From a virus (taxonomy: Duplodnaviria; Caudoviricetes), in the IMG/VR virus record IMGVR_UViG_3300037515_000164, positions 1-28,888 of that record: a stretch of 28,888 nucleotides of DNA; one strand, written 5' to 3'. The notes beneath the pieces are model-generated. The model was not told where the DNA came from. It saw nothing but the letters and a program-made list of their open reading frames with translations, and searched no databases. The translations under genes and the position numbers were made by a program. Positions 27,801-28,888 of this stretch are shown here, in pieces; the first letter of the stretch is position 1; every line of letters starts with the position of its first letter.

Positions 27801-28888
27801 TAATACGGCCTCTTATGGATTTCTTTTAACAACAGTAGGTTCAGGTACGTATTTAACAGCAGTACATGGCATAGATTTCAACAATATATTTTTTCAAGAG
27901 TTTAGCAGCACAGCCATAAAATTAATTGATTGTCATAATGTTAACATTACCAATTCGGAATTTTTAAATGTAAATCAAGATGGTATTACGCTAACTAGAA
28001 GTACTGGAGAAAATCGAACTTCTCATGTACTTATATCAAACAATTTCTTTAATGGAGGATTAGCAGGTGTATTTATATCTTATGCGCAAGATATACTTGT
28101 TCAAGGAAATATATTTACCGGACAATCTGAATACTACATGCAATTTGATTATCCAAGAAGAGTTGTTGTTGACGGAAATCATTGTAGATATACAAACACA
28201 ATAGATGGAATATCAGCGAATGGTGAAGCATCAAGTACAGACCTTGTAATCATAAACAATTATATAGAAGGCTCTGCTCAAAATGGAATATTTTCAGCTT
28301 TTGTACAACATACTACTATTGCAAATAATGTTATTGTAAATTGTGGCAGGGAAGGTATTTATTTAGAAGATTCTAGTGGTTCTACAATTCATGGAAACAA
28401 TGTATCTGATTGTGGAACTGAAACAGATGTAACCTATTCTGGCATTATTGCTGTAAATATGCATGGAGGTAAAATTACCAACAACACTGTTAGAAGGGGA
28501 GTTGCTACCAACAGACATAATTATGGATTAATAGCGTATGGAAGTACAAGTGATTTTACACTGATAACTGATAATGATTTATATCAATCAGGAGTTACAG
28601 GAGGATTTCTAAGAGGTTCGTCATCAGGAGCATTTAGAATGAGAAATAATATAGATAATGACGGTTCTTTTTTAGGAGACGATTTTTATTATACCAATGA
28701 TATTACTCCTCCACAAATTACTGCAAATCAAAATAACTACAATCCTACAGGTCTTATAGATGCGGCAGTACTAAGATTAAATACAGATGCCTCAAGAAAC
28801 ATAACAGGATTGTCAGGTGGAAGTGACGGAAGATGTTTTTTAATCTATAATGTCGGCAGTAATAATATTGTGTTTACAGCGGAGGATG
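21796..28888 (+). CDS. Giant mosaic fibre/adhesin-like protein (>2360 aa, partial) with N-terminal signal peptide
   Basis: ATG at 21796 overlaps the upstream stop; frame +1 showed no stop in my hand reading, and the ORF is absent from the track as expected if it lacks a stop. Two ~432-aa repeats, YadA-like repeats, fibre linker motifs and a parallel beta-helix. Confidence 0.9.
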   Translation, partial: MQAKFNKLFLVLFLLISTIAFGQTPQVKSIKFKPQSIPITNPDRGEVYYADVSDEYFYWDGTQWLPFGADVTITNTSDLINDGDDGNNPFITLNDLYGSNAIIDAGVEYIQALDYRVWGSAFIINNVVYNTVADYIQGTVTLSDPHPTLSRFDTFILNSDTKATGSVTLTGGGAGSVLGITVNGVQIMDASVPFNTDLATTAIDVVTSINTEISVPDYIATNTGEIITIISTEKGIIPNTYVVQSSTSTITTTDVNMNGGDDNAHSVGVITGIPSATPIKPLPTLETQVEVSFRFVKANQANAPPGEFITNVIYDENLGDPDEWDIDITPVGGDPASTTEFNSGTVSYEIPIYSGTSTQTSFNTPSNPIEFNTNGVLYFDIKLSGALGAGGHVGLAISDGTNFSNLLILNVADPYGLDFNSTAWQTISIPLSYFNYSGATFDSLLIPYYNTPLMYLDDIRTQLDTNSNSNNTWLGLNDTFASSYTGKARQFSVVNTSETGLELNIPNTSDLTNDGEDGLNPFVTYSNIYGGNAIINGGVIYIPPDMNYYIWTTGFIINNQTYLQNVNNTVTLGDAHPLHPRIDVFIVNADTKSVGTVSLDSGASGSVNDITVNGISIMSGVVGFNTNLAITAIEVANNINGNITIPDYSAKAISGTIYIESAEYGDTANGYAVVASTTTITHTDVAMAGGIDDVPTTSVITGYAEPSPIRPNINLNTQAEISFKIVEAGEVGNPPNFITIPIYNENLGTPSEWDNATLLAGGDLDYLTAPYSLSKSIFVPATASGFIRFNAGDPFPNNDNPSNTLYFALKTTADWTTSSRLRVKLGNGGNSSTINFTRNSIANYGFQHTQHNVWQLVTVPIANYPHFFDPVLYVEFEFVQTPIMGVDYINAQVDNTVTTDATYLGLVDTDNTYSGAAGQVPIVNLAEDGLSFGNVPASSVATDTGNFDNNLSVTETNVQLALDVLDELTAGGALEALDEGNGITYRLKDMDPANYGNGGLGSVDLGQNTVPSATFGTKGLYGFNLGVDNTLSATHYHNFTSGLENTTSNHYAWAHGYSNTASNYMSYAFGWDNTVVSPYSVAFGTYNNVQDFYSGAVGLGLDVQSPHSFHVGTGNTTYTNTTINDPTTRLFVIGNGSVVAGTPNTVGTRSDAWITYYDGTSVMPTATVGEIDARGNPAVPTVEWINAQGFSSGVGSNYSEWATYTGTRVGGDLLVSIGDYDGSNNGVTLTIDDANDKIMATGQFYVADGIAITDNVFTPANTAVIINALLTADRTFSLPDASGTIALTSDITGTNSGTNTGDQTIINSSDATSHTVTLSASGGSMQLIEGSGVTLTTGGTGLDGTVTIASTGSESTTVSDTAEIDLTLTGADITADIVTGSIDETKLDASTNASLDLADSALQNIVEDLTPEFGGNIETNGFDITNTGAGGLTITSINSSINLTTGDAQILLDDSGPLNLSSSTDINFEAPIITGLSYGSQTYHIDWDNNSTTQTFRILSNGGTNVFQVHENGTVSAQGMSDAEITTQGATALITKSYGDANYLGGGGSESTTVSDTNDINLTLTGSDITADLLATSISTKTEVTPVATDMIQIWDATDSQLKKVDASNFLAGTGDVTKVGTTTDNKIGIWTGDGTLGEDTDQNANATFQFDGTDFNFFLAQNSAAPKFQMGSGLSNRFYIQTVLNPSQQLTYVDFYTSTLSGTSTDGYYTFHVDNLETLSIYKTGINVYNDALGQNVFTLTDGQLNLGAYGSGTNTGTLAYSLGVDASGNVIETALGGGSGDDVSTFAEKSGDLVGSDRLVGLSGATDFSETISGIPLSIFNNDSGWITGNESITLSGEVTGTGTTAITTTIASGVVDSDNISNGTIDEVDLDASVNASLDLADSALQNGGAPYYVVAASDAPATIKNRADYICDGTNDEAEIETALALGNVQLTEGTFDIATTIDIPSNRTLQGVGRQTIITSSTMDGDYETTPSTTNTMFSNTGGSNIIVKDFQLNGGPNTASYGFLLTTVGSGTYLTAVHGIDFNNIFFQEFSSTAIKLIDCHNVNITNSEFLNVNQDGITLTRSTGENRTSHVLISNNFFNGGLAGVFISYAQDILVQGNIFTGQSEYYMQFDYPRRVVVDGNHCRYTNTIDGISANGEASSTDLVIINNYIEGSAQNGIFSAFVQHTTIANNVIVNCGREGIYLEDSSGSTIHGNNVSDCGTETDVTYSGIIAVNMHGGKITNNTVRRGVATNRHNYGLIAYGSTSDFTLITDNDLYQSGVTGGFLRGSSSGAFRMRNNIDNDGSFLGDDFYYTNDITPPQITANQNNYNPTGLIDAAVLRLNTDASRNITGLSGGSDGRCFLIYNVGSNNIVFTAED
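22018..24594 (+). repeat. Two diverged ~1296-nt intragenic tandem repeats
   Basis: NTSDLINDGDDGNNPF (22018) vs NTSDLTNDGEDGLNPF (23314); HPTLSRFD vs HPLHPRID; YDENLGDPDEW vs YNENLGTPSEW. Confidence 0.85.
25978..27465 (+). repeat. Exact 30-bp direct repeat pair
   Basis: TTGGATTTAGCCGATTCGGCTTTGCAAAAT at 25978-26007 and 27436-27465, 1458 nt apart (in frame). Confidence 0.9.

Noticed and set aside
5147-28888. Stop-codon reassignment (TAG or TGA), known in some crAss-like phages
   Set aside because: Core genes are full length in the standard code; TAG ends the major capsid gene and TGA ends genes at ATGA overlaps.

Overview
An AT-rich fragment of a crAss-like (Crassvirales-type) dsDNA phage genome in the standard genetic code. 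The host is probably Bacteroidota (Flavobacteriia-like), inferred from A-rich leaders without Shine-Dalgarno sites and signal peptides ending A/G-Q. Positions 1-4652 are a leftward accessory region: a RepL-like wHTH protein, a signal-peptide outer-membrane beta-barrel, small membrane and Cys-rich proteins, and many long RNA stem-loops, including a ~500-nt ORF-free structured stretch. Positions 4653-5146 are a divergent control region with ACGGGGTA repeats, hairpins and a G-poor CTACCT tract. From 5147 the genes run rightward: a tandem Acb2/Tad1-like protein, an HU/IHF-like protein, a conserved crAss protein, a PD-(D/E)XK nuclease, a PNKP-like HAD phosphatase, then TerL, portal, putative scaffold, major capsid and four more virion genes. 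A giant ORF (21796 to past the window end, >2360 aa) is missing from the ORF track. It is a mosaic fibre/adhesin with duplicated CBM-like modules, YadA-like repeats and a beta-helix, and it unexpectedly begins with a Sec signal peptide. All family calls come from motif recognition and gene order; no database searches were run.
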